Assembly: GCA_017513085.1 (NCBI GenBank)
Contig: JAFWDK010000029.1
Span: 32,001 to 96,000, forward strand
DNA: 64,000 nt
Source: Clostridiales bacterium
GTDB lineage: Bacteria > Bacillota > Clostridia > Saccharofermentanales > Saccharofermentanaceae
Direction of reading: 5' to 3'
Below the pieces are notes generated by a model, which saw nothing but the letters and a program-made list of their open reading frames with translations, made no database searches and had not been told where the DNA came from. A program made the position numbers and the translations under genes. Within the stretch, counting starts at the first letter, position 1, and every line of letters starts with the position of its first letter. Shown piece by piece: positions 1-10,827 of the stretch.

Positions 1-1
1 A

Positions 2-562
2 ACCGAGACTGAAGAAGTTGAGAAGGAACAGGAAAGCGTTGCTCTCAAAGATCTGAATAAGAAGAAGATCCGGAATTTCAAGAGTGGAGAAATCGTCAAG
101 AATGCATCTTCCGTAAATTGCCGGACATATATGGTAGATACGGTTTCTTCGTCGATCATGCTGGAGACTTCACTCAATGAATCAGCTTCGGACAAGTCAT
201 TGTTCCACTTGGAGCGTAGCATGAAGACGTCTTCCGTAGATCTTTCGGTTCCGATATCTGAAGCTTTTGAAAAAGAAGTGGATGAAGAAACGAAAAAGAT
301 GCGTGAGGCGCCGATCCCGAGTGCTCCGGTACCTCTTCCGACCGAGCATTCGAAGCTTTATATGATGAAGCAGGAGATCCAAAACCGCAGGCTGGGAAGA
401 GGAGAAAGACTTCCTGAAAAGAAGGTGGATCGTGATATCGGTGGCGATGTTGCCTTCGGATATGATGACATTACGCGCGAAGCCCGTGCGGTGGAGGTCG
501 GACTGAGCGATATGCCGGAGTTTGATCCGTCCGGACCGAATCCTTTTAAGAAACAAGAATGA
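2..562 (+). CDS. Hypothetical protein, 5'-partial (acidic/charged C-terminal region)
   Basis: Frame 2 is open from the window start through the ATG at 131 to TGA at 560-562, followed by a terminator. No recognisable domain. Confidence 0.6.
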   Translation, partial: TETEEVEKEQESVALKDLNKKKIRNFKSGEIVKNASSVNCRTYMVDTVSSSIMLETSLNESASDKSLFHLERSMKTSSVDLSVPISEAFEKEVDEETKKMREAPIPSAPVPLPTEHSKLYMMKQEIQNRRLGRGERLPEKKVDRDIGGDVAFGYDDITREARAVEVGLSDMPEFDPSGPNPFKKQE

Positions 563-590
563 GCTGCCTCGAGAGGCAGCTCTTTTTCTT
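561..590 (+). terminator. Rho-independent terminator (between convergent genes)
   Basis: GAGCTGCCTC-ga-GAGGCAGCTC hairpin followed by TTTTTCTT. Confidence 0.75.
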
Positions 591-618
591 GTCGGATCGA
601 ATAAATCAGGTGATCGGA

Positions 619-1974
619 TCAGTCGTTAATGATCGCTCCGTTGGAAGCAATCACATCCCGGTACCAGTAGGCGGATTCCTTCAGAGTACGTTCTTGTGTC
701 TGGTAATCGACGTAAATAAGACCGAAACGCAGATCGTAACCCTGAGACCACTCAAAGTTGTCCATAAAAGACCAGTGAATATATCCAACGAGCGGAATCC
801 CTTCGTTGGCCGCGCGCTCGTAAGAACGCAAATAACGCTTGGTATAATCGATGCGCTGCGGGTCGTTGACTTTGCCGTCAAGATGCACGGAGTCACAGTT
901 GGCACATCCGTTCTCAGTGATCAGGATCGGTAATCCGTAACGTTCATAAAGAAACTTCGGCGACCAGTAGAGTGCATCCGGTGTCACCGGCCAGCGGGCG
1001 GTCGTGATAGCTTTACCACGATTATTCTCGTTGGCGTTATCCGGGATGAGCTTCGGATCTACTGAATTGTAGATGTTGCATCCGTAAAAGTCCAATGGTG
1101 TCCGGATAATGTCCCACTCTTCCGCTGAAATCTCAGGAAGGATCGAGGCAAAACGCGTGTATGCCTCATCCGGGAACTTTCCGAAAAAGATCGGATCCGC
1201 CCACCAGGAATTGGAAAGGATAAAGGATGGTCCCTCTATGGAGAAACTTTCTTTCCTTGCAGCTTCGACCGCTTCCGGAGAATCGTTGAGCGGTTCCACA
1301 CACGGACCGGTAACAGCAAAAGAAACCTTAGGGGTCTGCCGGGCATTTTCACGGATCGTCCGTACCGCCGTGCCATGAGCGAGAAGGACATGTTTCGTCA
1401 TCAGAAGAATATCGCGATCTGAATATTTCAGGAAAGGTGCATGAATACCCAGCTGACATCCGAGACCGATGAAGATCTGCGGTTCGTTGATCGTAAACCA
1501 ATACTTTACACGATCAGACAGAGCATCCACGACGATCTTCGTATAATCGTTAAACCAGGTTACGATGTCAGGATTGAGCCAGCCTCCACGATCGAAAAGC
1601 GCTTGCGGAAGATCCCAGTGATAAAGTGTGATCATTGGTTCAATACCGTTTTTGATCAGTTCGTCGACCAGGTCAGAGTAGAACGCCAGCCCTTTCTCGT
1701 TCACGAGTCCTTGGCCTTGAGGCAGCACACGTGGCCAGCTGATGGAGAAACGATATGCCTTGACTCCCATTTTAACAAGGAGAGCAACGTCTTCTTTCAT
1801 TCTGTGATAATGATCACAGGCAATATCTGCAGTTTCGCCGTGGCAGATAGGAGAAGGAATGTTATGTGTATAGGTGTCCCAAATGGACGGGCCTTTGCCA
1901 TCTTCATTCCAGGCTCCTTCGACCTGATACGCGGCGGCCGCGACACCCCAGATAAAATCTTTTGAAAAAGGCAT
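619..1974 (-). CDS. bglA: GH1 beta-glucosidase
   Basis: FIWGVAAAAYQVEGA, DHYHR and YRFSISWPR motifs, catalytic TINEP and ITENG, WSFMDNFEW. RBS AGGAGG upstream. Confidence 0.95.
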   Translation of the reverse strand: MPFSKDFIWGVAAAAYQVEGAWNEDGKGPSIWDTYTHNIPSPICHGETADIACDHYHRMKEDVALLVKMGVKAYRFSISWPRVLPQGQGLVNEKGLAFYSDLVDELIKNGIEPMITLYHWDLPQALFDRGGWLNPDIVTWFNDYTKIVVDALSDRVKYWFTINEPQIFIGLGCQLGIHAPFLKYSDRDILLMTKHVLLAHGTAVRTIRENARQTPKVSFAVTGPCVEPLNDSPEAVEAARKESFSIEGPSFILSNSWWADPIFFGKFPDEAYTRFASILPEISAEEWDIIRTPLDFYGCNIYNSVDPKLIPDNANENNRGKAITTARWPVTPDALYWSPKFLYERYGLPILITENGCANCDSVHLDGKVNDPQRIDYTKRYLRSYERAANEGIPLVGYIHWSFMDNFEWSQGYDLRFGLIYVDYQTQERTLKESAYWYRDVIASNGAIIND

Positions 1975-2177
1975 ATTTCATGTCCTCCTTGAATGTCAAA
2001 AAAAATGTGGCGTGTATAGTATAGCAAAATCAATCATCCGTTTGTAAGAAAAATCCGTTGTATTTAGCAGAAATCCGACCTTTCTTTTTGCTTTTTTCAT
2101 TTCGGCAATCTAAGAGAATTGTCATTGATGAAAGAGAGAATGTGCTATAATTTTAGAAGGGATTTGGAGGAGAAGAA

Positions 2178-3545
2178 ATGAACATAGCGATTATTACGGA
2201 TACATACTTCCCGGATATCAATGGAGTAACATCTTCTATATATACACTTGCGTTGGCACTTCGCAAGAAGGGGCATCGAGTGTATATTTTTGCGACTTCG
2301 GACAATAATTCACCGATCGTCCGCCGCGTGCATAGAAATCCCCCGGTATTCCGTATTCCGAGTATCCCGATGCTTCTGGTACGCCCGTATCGCACGACCA
2401 TGCCTTATTCTTTACGGCTGGTTCAGATCCTGAGAAGACTGAAGATCGATGTCATTCACACACAGACCGAGTTTTCGATGGGCCTTGTAGGACTATCTTC
2501 GTCTATGACACTTCATCTTCCGATCGTACATACTTACCACACGATGCTGGAAGATTATACACACTACATCCTTAACGGAAAAATGACTAAAGTAATCACG
2601 CCAAAAATGGCACAGAAATACAGCAAGGTTTTTTGTAACGTGCCGACAGGTTTGATCGTTCCTACAGAGAAAGTGAAGAACAGTCTGCGTTCCTATGGAG
2701 TTAAAAAGCCGATCTACGTGATCCCGACAGGAATCGATATTTCACCTTTTAAGAAGTCGAATTTTACGGAAAGTGAACTTCAGGAACTCCGTCACTCGCT
2801 TGGTATTGCCGATAGTGATAAGGTGCTTCTTTCTCTGGGACGTGTCGCCAAAGAGAAGAGCATAGATAAGATCATATCGGAAATGCCCGCGATAGTTAAG
2901 AAGCAGCCTTGCGTGAAACTTCTGATCGTAGGAGACGGCCCGGCATTGGAAGACTTGAAGAAACAGGCGTCTGAACTTGGTGTTTCCTCTCATGTGATTT
3001 TTGCAGGTTCAGTACCATATAAAGAGATCGGACGATACTATCAGATGGGAGATGTGTTTATCTCTTGTTCCACATCTGAAACACAAGGCCTGACATACTA
3101 TGAAGCTATGGCAGCCGGACTTCCGGTAATGGCGCAGAAAGATGACGCAGTCAATGAGCTTTTCATAGATGGAAGAAATGCATGTCTGTTTGAAAAAGAA
3201 CAGGACATTCCGGACATCCTTTGCTCACTGTTTACAGATGAAGCGAAGATGAAGATGCTTTCTTCAAATGCGCAGACGACTGTTGAGACATATTCTGCGG
3301 AGACATTTGCGAACCGTGTGGAAGATGCATATAAGAATGCGATTGCCCGTCATGTCCGTTCCAAAGCGATCCGCCGTGCCAATGTCGGAAAGATCCATTC
3401 TTCACGGAAACTGAAAAAAGCGAAAATGGTTCCGATCAGATCTGAAGACGTTCAGGATGAGCAGAACGGGATTAAAGCCAACGCTAAAAAAGCGTACCGT
3501 GCTGCTGCAAGATACGCTCATTTGTTACGTCTTCGTAAGAGATAA
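2178..3545 (+). CDS. GT4 glycosyltransferase (1,2-diacylglycerol glucosyltransferase-like)
   Basis: TDTYFPDINGV, HTQTEF, HTYHT, LGRVAKEK and ETQGLTYYEAMA (EX7E) motifs, plus a basic C-terminal tail. Confidence 0.88.
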   Translation: MNIAIITDTYFPDINGVTSSIYTLALALRKKGHRVYIFATSDNNSPIVRRVHRNPPVFRIPSIPMLLVRPYRTTMPYSLRLVQILRRLKIDVIHTQTEFSMGLVGLSSSMTLHLPIVHTYHTMLEDYTHYILNGKMTKVITPKMAQKYSKVFCNVPTGLIVPTEKVKNSLRSYGVKKPIYVIPTGIDISPFKKSNFTESELQELRHSLGIADSDKVLLSLGRVAKEKSIDKIISEMPAIVKKQPCVKLLIVGDGPALEDLKKQASELGVSSHVIFAGSVPYKEIGRYYQMGDVFISCSTSETQGLTYYEAMAAGLPVMAQKDDAVNELFIDGRNACLFEKEQDIPDILCSLFTDEAKMKMLSSNAQTTVETYSAETFANRVEDAYKNAIARHVRSKAIRRANVGKIHSSRKLKKAKMVPIRSEDVQDEQNGIKANAKKAYRAAARYAHLLRLRKR

Positions 3546-3562
3546 CGATTATTTCAGAAGGA

Positions 3563-5299
3563 TCACTCCTGTTTCGGATCTTCTTTCGCTTCGTCATCCG
3601 CGTTCACATCCTTGGGCATTTTATTCACCACGGAAATATTCGGTAGTGCTTTTTCATCCGAGGAAAGGTTCTGCCGGTCAGCGGAGGCTTGCGCTTTTGC
3701 CTGGAAAACCGCCATCTCGTCGACATCACTCAGAAGTCTTGGCACGCTGAAGTAATATCCTTGCAAATAATCGATGCCGGCCTGTTCACAGAGGGTGGCC
3801 TGTTTTTCATTTTCCACGCCTTCAGCAACTGTGAGGATCTTCATTTCTTTGCAAAAAGCAACGATGCTCTTGATCAAAGCATATCCGCGTTCGTTATCGA
3901 TATGTGAGGTAATGGAACGGCTGAGCTTGATCTCATCGATCGGAACATCGGCCAGCATCACGTAAGAGGAGAAACCGGAATTGAAATAATCAATGGCGAT
4001 CCGGATGTTGTGCTTGTGCAGGAACAGAAGGTTTTCACGGATCAGATACGGATCTTCCGGAAGCCGTCCCGCGATTTCAACCATCACGTTCTCTGCTCCG
4101 ATTCCGGAATCTTCCACAGCCCGGACAAACTCCTGGACACTTTTTTCATTTAACTCTGAAGCAGCAAAATTGATATGGAAAAGACGATTCTGATTGATCG
4201 GAAGCCGGGCATAGCGAAGCGCTTCCTTCGTGATGAACAAGGTCAATTCGTGAAGACAGGTCGTCTTCTCCAGGATCGGAACGAATTCTTCGGCAGTCAT
4301 TTTCGAACCGTCTTCGCGGATCCACTTGGCAAAGATCTCGACACTTCGGGCCTCTTTGGTCTTGGCATCATGAATGGTCTGATAGGAGGCCTGGACAAGA
4401 CCTTTGGATATAGCGGTGGAGAACTCACTGGCAATGCTGACGGTTCCCTTATAATAGTCGCGCATCGCATCTGTATATCTGCTGATCTGCTGATCTTTCA
4501 AGAAGGAATAACGAAGAGCAATGTTGGCATTTCGGATGCCGTCGGAAAGGCTCTCATTTTCCTGAATGATCGTAAAACCAATACGGTAACGGACATAAAC
4601 GGGAACCTGATTAACAGAGATCGTCACATCGTTGAGGTTGCTAAGAGAAGCCAGAAGGCTTTCCAGACTTCCTTCTTCCGACCGATGAGTGACCGTTATC
4701 GCATAGTTCAGGTCATGTTCCTTGTAGAGACGTGCATTGGGATAAGAAGAGAGAATATCCTGAAGTTCCGAAGAAATCTTCAAGACGATCGACTGATAAA
4801 ATTCATTCCCGAATAGACCGCGCATGTCGCTGGAATCTATGAAAGACATCATCAGTATCGTCATAGCATGGCCGGTAGTGCGACCGGATCGTTCCAGACT
4901 TGCCATGTTGCTCAGGCCGGTCAATGCGTCCCGGGTAGCCATGTTCTCATAGAACTGCTCGCGCTGTTTCATGATTCCGGAAATCCAGGATATAACGATA
5001 GCCAGGACGAGGTACACAGCCAGACGGATCAGCCACATGAGATCACCCATGTTTCCACCGGTTATGGCAGTGGTCAAAGGTCCCATAGCAAGACCGCACA
5101 ATGTAGCAAAGAAAACACTGTGCCAGATCGGTGTGAAAAGCGCAGTTACCACAATAGGGATCACGATCAGGTTGGCTAAGATATTCGGCGTGCCTCCAGT
5201 CGCACAAACAATATACGTGATCACACCGCTAAAGATATAGTCTGCGATAATAAAAACGGGGAGAAGAGAATCCGCTTTTTTGCCATTTTTTTTGTTCAT
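3563..5299 (-). CDS. Membrane-anchored GGDEF/EAL-domain protein, both domains degenerate
   Basis: N-terminal TM helices; RDALTGL start of a GGDEF domain with no GGDEF motif; EAL domain reading EIF, DYFNSGFSS, AEGVE, QGYYFSVP. Confidence 0.85.
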   Translation of the reverse strand: MNKKNGKKADSLLPVFIIADYIFSGVITYIVCATGGTPNILANLIVIPIVVTALFTPIWHSVFFATLCGLAMGPLTTAITGGNMGDLMWLIRLAVYLVLAIVISWISGIMKQREQFYENMATRDALTGLSNMASLERSGRTTGHAMTILMMSFIDSSDMRGLFGNEFYQSIVLKISSELQDILSSYPNARLYKEHDLNYAITVTHRSEEGSLESLLASLSNLNDVTISVNQVPVYVRYRIGFTIIQENESLSDGIRNANIALRYSFLKDQQISRYTDAMRDYYKGTVSIASEFSTAISKGLVQASYQTIHDAKTKEARSVEIFAKWIREDGSKMTAEEFVPILEKTTCLHELTLFITKEALRYARLPINQNRLFHINFAASELNEKSVQEFVRAVEDSGIGAENVMVEIAGRLPEDPYLIRENLLFLHKHNIRIAIDYFNSGFSSYVMLADVPIDEIKLSRSITSHIDNERGYALIKSIVAFCKEMKILTVAEGVENEKQATLCEQAGIDYLQGYYFSVPRLLSDVDEMAVFQAKAQASADRQNLSSDEKALPNISVVNKMPKDVNADDEAKEDPKQE

Positions 5300-5426
5300 A
5301 AGAAACCCCTCATATGCCTCATAAACCTATTACCATTTTACAGCGACAGTATAAAAAAGCATATACTGATTTGACTAAATTTCCAGAATGTTGATAATTA
5401 GTAAAGGGAGTATACGGAGGAAAAGC

Positions 5427-6962
5427 ATGCGCAAACAATGGTTCCAATCTTTGCTTATGAGACGAGCGATCATTATTCTGATCCTGCTCGTGGAAATTGC
5501 GTCTTTCTTTTTCCTTATTGCAGCCGGAACACTATATTCGGACATCGCTTCAGTTCTTTTTCGTGTGATCAGTGTTATTGTGGCACTGTATGTGATCAGC
5601 AAAAACGATAAAGGCGGTTACCGTCTGATATGGGTATTTCTTATCCTGTTCCTTCCGGTTTTCGGAGGCGTGTTGTATGTGTTCCTTAACTCGCAGATGG
5701 TTACCGATTATTACGCAAAAAATCTGGGAGAAGTTATCGAAAAAACAAAGGATGAGCTGGTGCTTTCCAACGAGGTGAGAGAACGTCTCGGACAAGATCA
5801 TCCGGAGTATTTGAAGAATGTGGACTATCTTCAGAATACCATGCATTTTCCGATCTTCAGCCACACGAGAAGCAAGTATCTTTCTCCGGGCGAAGAATTC
5901 TGGCCGGTGTTTCTGAAAAGTCTTCGCAAGGCGGAAAAATATATTTTCCTGGAATACTTTACGATCGGTGAAGGAAAGTTTTGGGATTCTATTCTTGAGA
6001 TCCTGAAGGAAAAAGCGGCTTCCGGTGTGGATGTGCGGATCATGTATGACGATATGGGCTGCTTCCTCAGTCTTCCGTCGGATTTCCCGGAACAGATGCA
6101 AAAACTCGGAATCAAGTGTACGAAGTTTAATCCTTTCCGTCCGTTCTTTACGACTATCCAGAATAACCGTAATCACAGAAAGATCACTTCAGTGGACGGA
6201 AAGATCGCTTTCTGCGGAGGCTTGAATCTGGCGGACGAATACGTTAATGAAAAAGAACGCTTCGGTTACTGGAAGGATGCTGCCGTTATGCTGGAGGGTG
6301 AAGGCGCGTGGAGCCTTACCGTATTTTTCCTGCAGATGTGGATCGCGGTGCATCGTTCCGACGATGTCATCGCGGATTACTATCCTTGGAAAAACAGCAA
6401 ATGTCCGATTGAGGAAGAAGGATATTACCAGCCGTATTGTGACTCGCCGATCGATAGTGAATATGTCGGAGAAAATGTGTATATGAACATGATTACTTCG
6501 GCCACAAAATCGATCTATATCAGTACACCATATCTGATATTGGATGAAAACATGATCACGGCTTTAGGCCTTGCTGCCAAAAGCGGCATCGATGTGCGTA
6601 TCGTGACGCCGAGCAAATACGATAAATGGATGATCCATCAGGCAACGAGATCTTTCTACAGGGATCTGGTCCGCTCCGGAGTACACGTCTATGAATACAC
6701 CCCTGGATTTATGCATGCCAAGACCGTTGTTGTCGATGACCGCGCGGCTGTCGTCGGCTCGGTCAACTGGGATTATCGTAGTTTGTATCTCCATTTTGAA
6801 AGTGCGGTCTGGATGTGCAATACTGACACCGTTCACGATGTATATAACGATCTTTTAAAGTCATTCTCACTTTCTGACGAAGTTTTACCGCAGGAATTGA
6901 ATTACCATAGAGGCTGGAGTTTATTCCGCCTTGTCCTTCGTCTCATTGCGCCGATCTTCTGA
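5427..6962 (+). CDS. cls: Cardiolipin synthase
   Basis: Two HKD motifs (HRKITSVDG, HAKTVVVDD), N-terminal TM helices, NWDYRS. Start moved to ATG 5427 behind GGAGG. Confidence 0.93.
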   Translation: MRKQWFQSLLMRRAIIILILLVEIASFFFLIAAGTLYSDIASVLFRVISVIVALYVISKNDKGGYRLIWVFLILFLPVFGGVLYVFLNSQMVTDYYAKNLGEVIEKTKDELVLSNEVRERLGQDHPEYLKNVDYLQNTMHFPIFSHTRSKYLSPGEEFWPVFLKSLRKAEKYIFLEYFTIGEGKFWDSILEILKEKAASGVDVRIMYDDMGCFLSLPSDFPEQMQKLGIKCTKFNPFRPFFTTIQNNRNHRKITSVDGKIAFCGGLNLADEYVNEKERFGYWKDAAVMLEGEGAWSLTVFFLQMWIAVHRSDDVIADYYPWKNSKCPIEEEGYYQPYCDSPIDSEYVGENVYMNMITSATKSIYISTPYLILDENMITALGLAAKSGIDVRIVTPSKYDKWMIHQATRSFYRDLVRSGVHVYEYTPGFMHAKTVVVDDRAAVVGSVNWDYRSLYLHFESAVWMCNTDTVHDVYNDLLKSFSLSDEVLPQELNYHRGWSLFRLVLRLIAPIF

Positions 6963-7079
6963 TTCCGTTATTTCATAAGACTTCACTGCCAAATGCGGGA
7001 AAAGAAGAGTCACGGCATCTCCCAAACGTGATAAAATAAGGCTACAGACAGTCTTGGTTTGGAAGGGGGCAGTGGCTCT

Positions 7080-8552
7080 ATGTTAAAGAACGCATATTTA
7101 AACGAAAAACCCGAAAAAGAAATGCTCAAACAACGGCTGAAAGAACAGGAAGATCTTCTGTTTGTGAATCAGAACAAGATCAAGGATAACAAATTACCTG
7201 TGGTGGTTCTCGTTGAAGGCTGGGGAACAGCCGGTAAGGGGACGCTTATCGGCAATGTCATCAATAATATCGACCCGCGTTTTTATAAAGTTGCTACCTT
7301 CGATATGCCGACGGATCAGGAGAAGAGGAAACCATTTCTTTGCAGGTATTTCGAGGCGCTTCCGGAAGCGGGTAAATTCCGTTTTTATAACACCGGATGG
7401 ATGAATGAGATCGTGATGGGAAGACTTGACGGTTCCATGTCTGATCCGCTTTATGAAAAAAGGATCGCGAGCATCCGCAGATTCGAACGCCAGCTTACGG
7501 ATAATGGTTATCTTGTATTGAAGTTCTTTATGCATATTTCCGAAGAAGAGCAGAAGAAAAGGATCGACAATCTGAAATCGGATATCGACACAAAGTGGCG
7601 TGTCAGCAACGATGACCTCTGGCAGAATAAACACTATAAAGATTGCGAAAAGATCTTCGAAAAATATCTTGAAGATACGGATACTTCTTCTGCCCCATGG
7701 TATATCATCGACGCGAAATCCATGAAGTGGGCAGAACTCCAAGTGCTTGAGCGCATGAACGAAGGTATCGATATTGCGCTTCAGAATCACTCTCTGGCAG
7801 TGCCGCTTCTGCAAAATACATTCCCGCTGGTGAAGATGCCGAAGCTCTCGGATATTCCTCTTAAGGGGAAAGAATTGACCGAAGAGGAATACAAGGAAAA
7901 ACTCAATAAACTACAGGATCGTCTGTCCGAACTTCATAACCGTCTGTACAGAAAACGTGTGCCGCTGATCATTGCCTACGAAGGATGGGATGCAGCAGGA
8001 AAAGGCGGTAACATTAAGCGCATTGCCGAGGCCCTGGATCCGAGAGGGTACGAGGTGCATCCTATTGCCAGCCCGGAACCGCATGAAAAGGCACGTCACT
8101 ATCTGTGGCGTTTTTGGACAAGACTTCCGAAGGACGGACACGTTGCGATCTTTGACCGCACATGGTACGGCCGTGTGATGGTGGAACGGATCGAGGGTTT
8201 CTGCTCGGAGAATGATTGGAAGCGCGCTTATAACGAGATCAATGAGTTTGAAAAAGAACTCGATGACTGGGGCGCAGTCATTATCAAGTTCTGGGTGCAG
8301 ATCGATAAAGATACGCAGTTAGAGAGATTTACTGACCGTCAGAATACGCCGGAAAAGCAATGGAAGATCACGGACGAAGACTGGCGTAACAGAGAAAAGT
8401 GGGATATCTACGAAGACGCCATCGACGAAATGATCCAGAAGACGAGCACCAAGTTTGCTCCTTGGTATATTCTCGAATCCGTGGACAAAAAATACGCGCG
8501 CATCAAGGCACTCCAAATCGTGATCGATGCTTTGGAGAAAAAACTGAAATAA
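7080..8552 (+). CDS. ppk2: Two-domain polyphosphate kinase 2 (polyphosphate:AMP phosphotransferase)
   Basis: Tandem PPK2 domains: EGWGTAGKG in the N-domain; EGWDAAGKGG, FDRTWYGRV and WKITDEDWRNR in the C-domain. Confidence 0.92.
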   Translation: MLKNAYLNEKPEKEMLKQRLKEQEDLLFVNQNKIKDNKLPVVVLVEGWGTAGKGTLIGNVINNIDPRFYKVATFDMPTDQEKRKPFLCRYFEALPEAGKFRFYNTGWMNEIVMGRLDGSMSDPLYEKRIASIRRFERQLTDNGYLVLKFFMHISEEEQKKRIDNLKSDIDTKWRVSNDDLWQNKHYKDCEKIFEKYLEDTDTSSAPWYIIDAKSMKWAELQVLERMNEGIDIALQNHSLAVPLLQNTFPLVKMPKLSDIPLKGKELTEEEYKEKLNKLQDRLSELHNRLYRKRVPLIIAYEGWDAAGKGGNIKRIAEALDPRGYEVHPIASPEPHEKARHYLWRFWTRLPKDGHVAIFDRTWYGRVMVERIEGFCSENDWKRAYNEINEFEKELDDWGAVIIKFWVQIDKDTQLERFTDRQNTPEKQWKITDEDWRNREKWDIYEDAIDEMIQKTSTKFAPWYILESVDKKYARIKALQIVIDALEKKLK

Positions 8553-8555
8553 GCC

Positions 8556-10559
8556 TTACGGCGTCAGAAAACGATCCCTGCCGGCATTGTGCGATTTTTT
8601 CATTTCGTACATGGCGGTATCTGCTATACGGAGATATTCTTCAGAGTAATGACGGAGGATCTCTTCGCTCAACTCATCGCAAGTCGTTCCTTCCGGAGAC
8701 GTAAGTTTCTTCGGAGGGATCTTGACGCAGAAACCTGCGCTGACTCTAAAAGAGAATTCCTTCTTGTCTCTGACCAGATGATTGTCGATATATTCATACA
8801 GAGTGCTTGTATAAGCATTTGCTTTCGCTTCGGTATAATCCTTGGCTAAGACGACGAATTCGTCGCCGCCGGTGCGCAGACAAACTTCGCCGGAGGTGGC
8901 AGCATAACGCATGCCGTCAGCGATCGTGCTGAGGCAGTAATCTCCCTCGGCATGACCATAATTGTCGTTGATCAGCTTCAAATCATCCATGTCGATCATC
9001 ATGGTGCAGAGCGGGATCCGCTTCTTCCAGCATTCACTGAAGATCTCCGAGAAGACCGGTTCATAGGCATGCCGGTTGAACAGATTGGTCAGCATGTCAC
9101 GGTTATAAAGATTCTCCAGACGCTGCACGGTCATATTCAGCTTTTGCCTTATTCTCCAGTTCTCAAGCATAGAACCGAGGTTAACGAGCCAGGATTTCAT
9201 GAACAGAGATTCGTGTGCGTGGTTCTGCGGAGTAACAATGATGTATCCCATGTAGTACTGAAGGTGATGGATCGCAAAAATATAGTACGGGTTCGGATCG
9301 TTCAGTAAGTCTGGTGGAAGAAGATCCTTCTTATGGAAAGTCCTCCGCTTGGCCGGCTTGTTTCCGATAAATCCCGCCACGACAGTCATCTCTTCGTCAA
9401 GTTTGGAAAAATCAGGAGGAATCACCCGCTGCTGTTCCCAGTTTGGCGCGAGACATAAAAGCAGATTCGAGAAACCGGAGTTAATAGAAGAATTCTTCGT
9501 GATCTCTTCAAAACAATCCTCCATTGTTTCGGCGCTGCTGACGCTCAAAATGAGGTTGGTCGTCGAAACGGCCAGATCCGATACACGATCGAGACGTCGA
9601 GTATAAATGCTACGGATGTCGTCGATGTTGTATGTGTTCATCGGCTTACAGCCACAAGATTGATTACACAAAAGATCTCCAAGAATGAGTTTGTGAGAGA
9701 GAGGTTCTTGAGTATCCCAGAAATGCTGAAGCGTATAAATGCCATCGTAGCCGGATTGATAGAACGGCTGTGCACCGGTCGTAATGGATGGATAACCTTG
9801 TCGTGCTTCTTCCAGACCATCGAAGCCGGTGATCAGAATATCTCCGGGAATGTCTATCCCGCGTGTGTGACAGGCGTCGACCAGACCGACTGCGGAATAG
9901 TCATTCGCGCACACAATAGCATCCGGGTATTTCTTTCCGTGCTTCTTGCAGTCCTCGAGGATATAGTCCAACGCAGGCTCGCCGCAATCGTGCCATAGTG
10001 TACCATAGTAGACTTTCGCCGGATCGTATTCGATACCGTTTGCTTCCAATGCTTGCCGGTAGGCATCGATGCGTGGCTGGGTAAAAGCACGCTCCTTCAG
10101 TCCGGCCAGGTGATAGATATCTTTGCAGCCATGAACAGTGATCAAATGCTCGACAATATTAAAAAAGGACTTGTCTTCGTCATTTACGATGCTGGGGTAA
10201 CGTTCGTCGAATCCTCCGACGTTGACAATAGGCAGCTTGGTCTTGGAAAGTCGCTCGTCAAGATGATGAAGGGTGTAAGGACCATAGGTGAGGTCAATAC
10301 GGACAATACCGTCGAAATCATCAAAATCAGGAAGCTCAAATACGACGACATCGCCTTCGTCATAGTCGGCATATTGTTCATAGATCTCACTACTGAAAGA
10401 ATCACTGAAGCTGGCAAAGAAGATGAGCTTGATATCCAGTTCGAGGGCAGCTTTAGTAATGCCCTCCGCAATAGCATGCGTCATTGGTTCATATATATTT
10501 GCAGTAAAAACAGCTACTTTCTTTCTCGCCATTGTCCTGTGCTCCATATCTTTTGCCAT
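8556..10559 (-). CDS. Diguanylate cyclase with N-terminal LacI-type sugar-binding domain
   Basis: PDAIVCANDYSA and ITGFDG (periplasmic-binding-protein-like fold, no HTH); C-terminal RDMLTNLFNR, DMDDLKLINDNYGHAEGD and intact GGDEF. Confidence 0.9.
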   Translation of the reverse strand: MAKDMEHRTMARKKVAVFTANIYEPMTHAIAEGITKAALELDIKLIFFASFSDSFSSEIYEQYADYDEGDVVVFELPDFDDFDGIVRIDLTYGPYTLHHLDERLSKTKLPIVNVGGFDERYPSIVNDEDKSFFNIVEHLITVHGCKDIYHLAGLKERAFTQPRIDAYRQALEANGIEYDPAKVYYGTLWHDCGEPALDYILEDCKKHGKKYPDAIVCANDYSAVGLVDACHTRGIDIPGDILITGFDGLEEARQGYPSITTGAQPFYQSGYDGIYTLQHFWDTQEPLSHKLILGDLLCNQSCGCKPMNTYNIDDIRSIYTRRLDRVSDLAVSTTNLILSVSSAETMEDCFEEITKNSSINSGFSNLLLCLAPNWEQQRVIPPDFSKLDEEMTVVAGFIGNKPAKRRTFHKKDLLPPDLLNDPNPYYIFAIHHLQYYMGYIIVTPQNHAHESLFMKSWLVNLGSMLENWRIRQKLNMTVQRLENLYNRDMLTNLFNRHAYEPVFSEIFSECWKKRIPLCTMMIDMDDLKLINDNYGHAEGDYCLSTIADGMRYAATSGEVCLRTGGDEFVVLAKDYTEAKANAYTSTLYEYIDNHLVRDKKEFSFRVSAGFCVKIPPKKLTSPEGTTCDELSEEILRHYSEEYLRIADTAMYEMKKSHNAGRDRFLTP

Positions 10560-10827
10560 GTGCGAACTAAACCAATCTTATAATACTACAAAGAACCATA
10601 AAAAATGTTGCGAAGTTATGAACAGTTTGCGTGTTATAAACAGGAATATAAGGAATCTTCGATTGCGGACTTGGGAGCGTCCGGCACGGTCCGCGAATTT
10701 GCCTGGCTTCTTGAAACTTCTCGTGATTTCCATATAATAGATATGTTTAGTGAATAAGGATCCGGCATGTGATCATTCCCAAAGAGGAGATATCGCCTGA
10801 TCCCGCATATATCAAGGAGGTTTTTGT

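Noticed and set aside
10755-10806. Possible structured leader (GGATC...GATCC) before the hydratase gene
   Set aside because: No match to a riboswitch consensus I recognise and no terminator; weak evidence.
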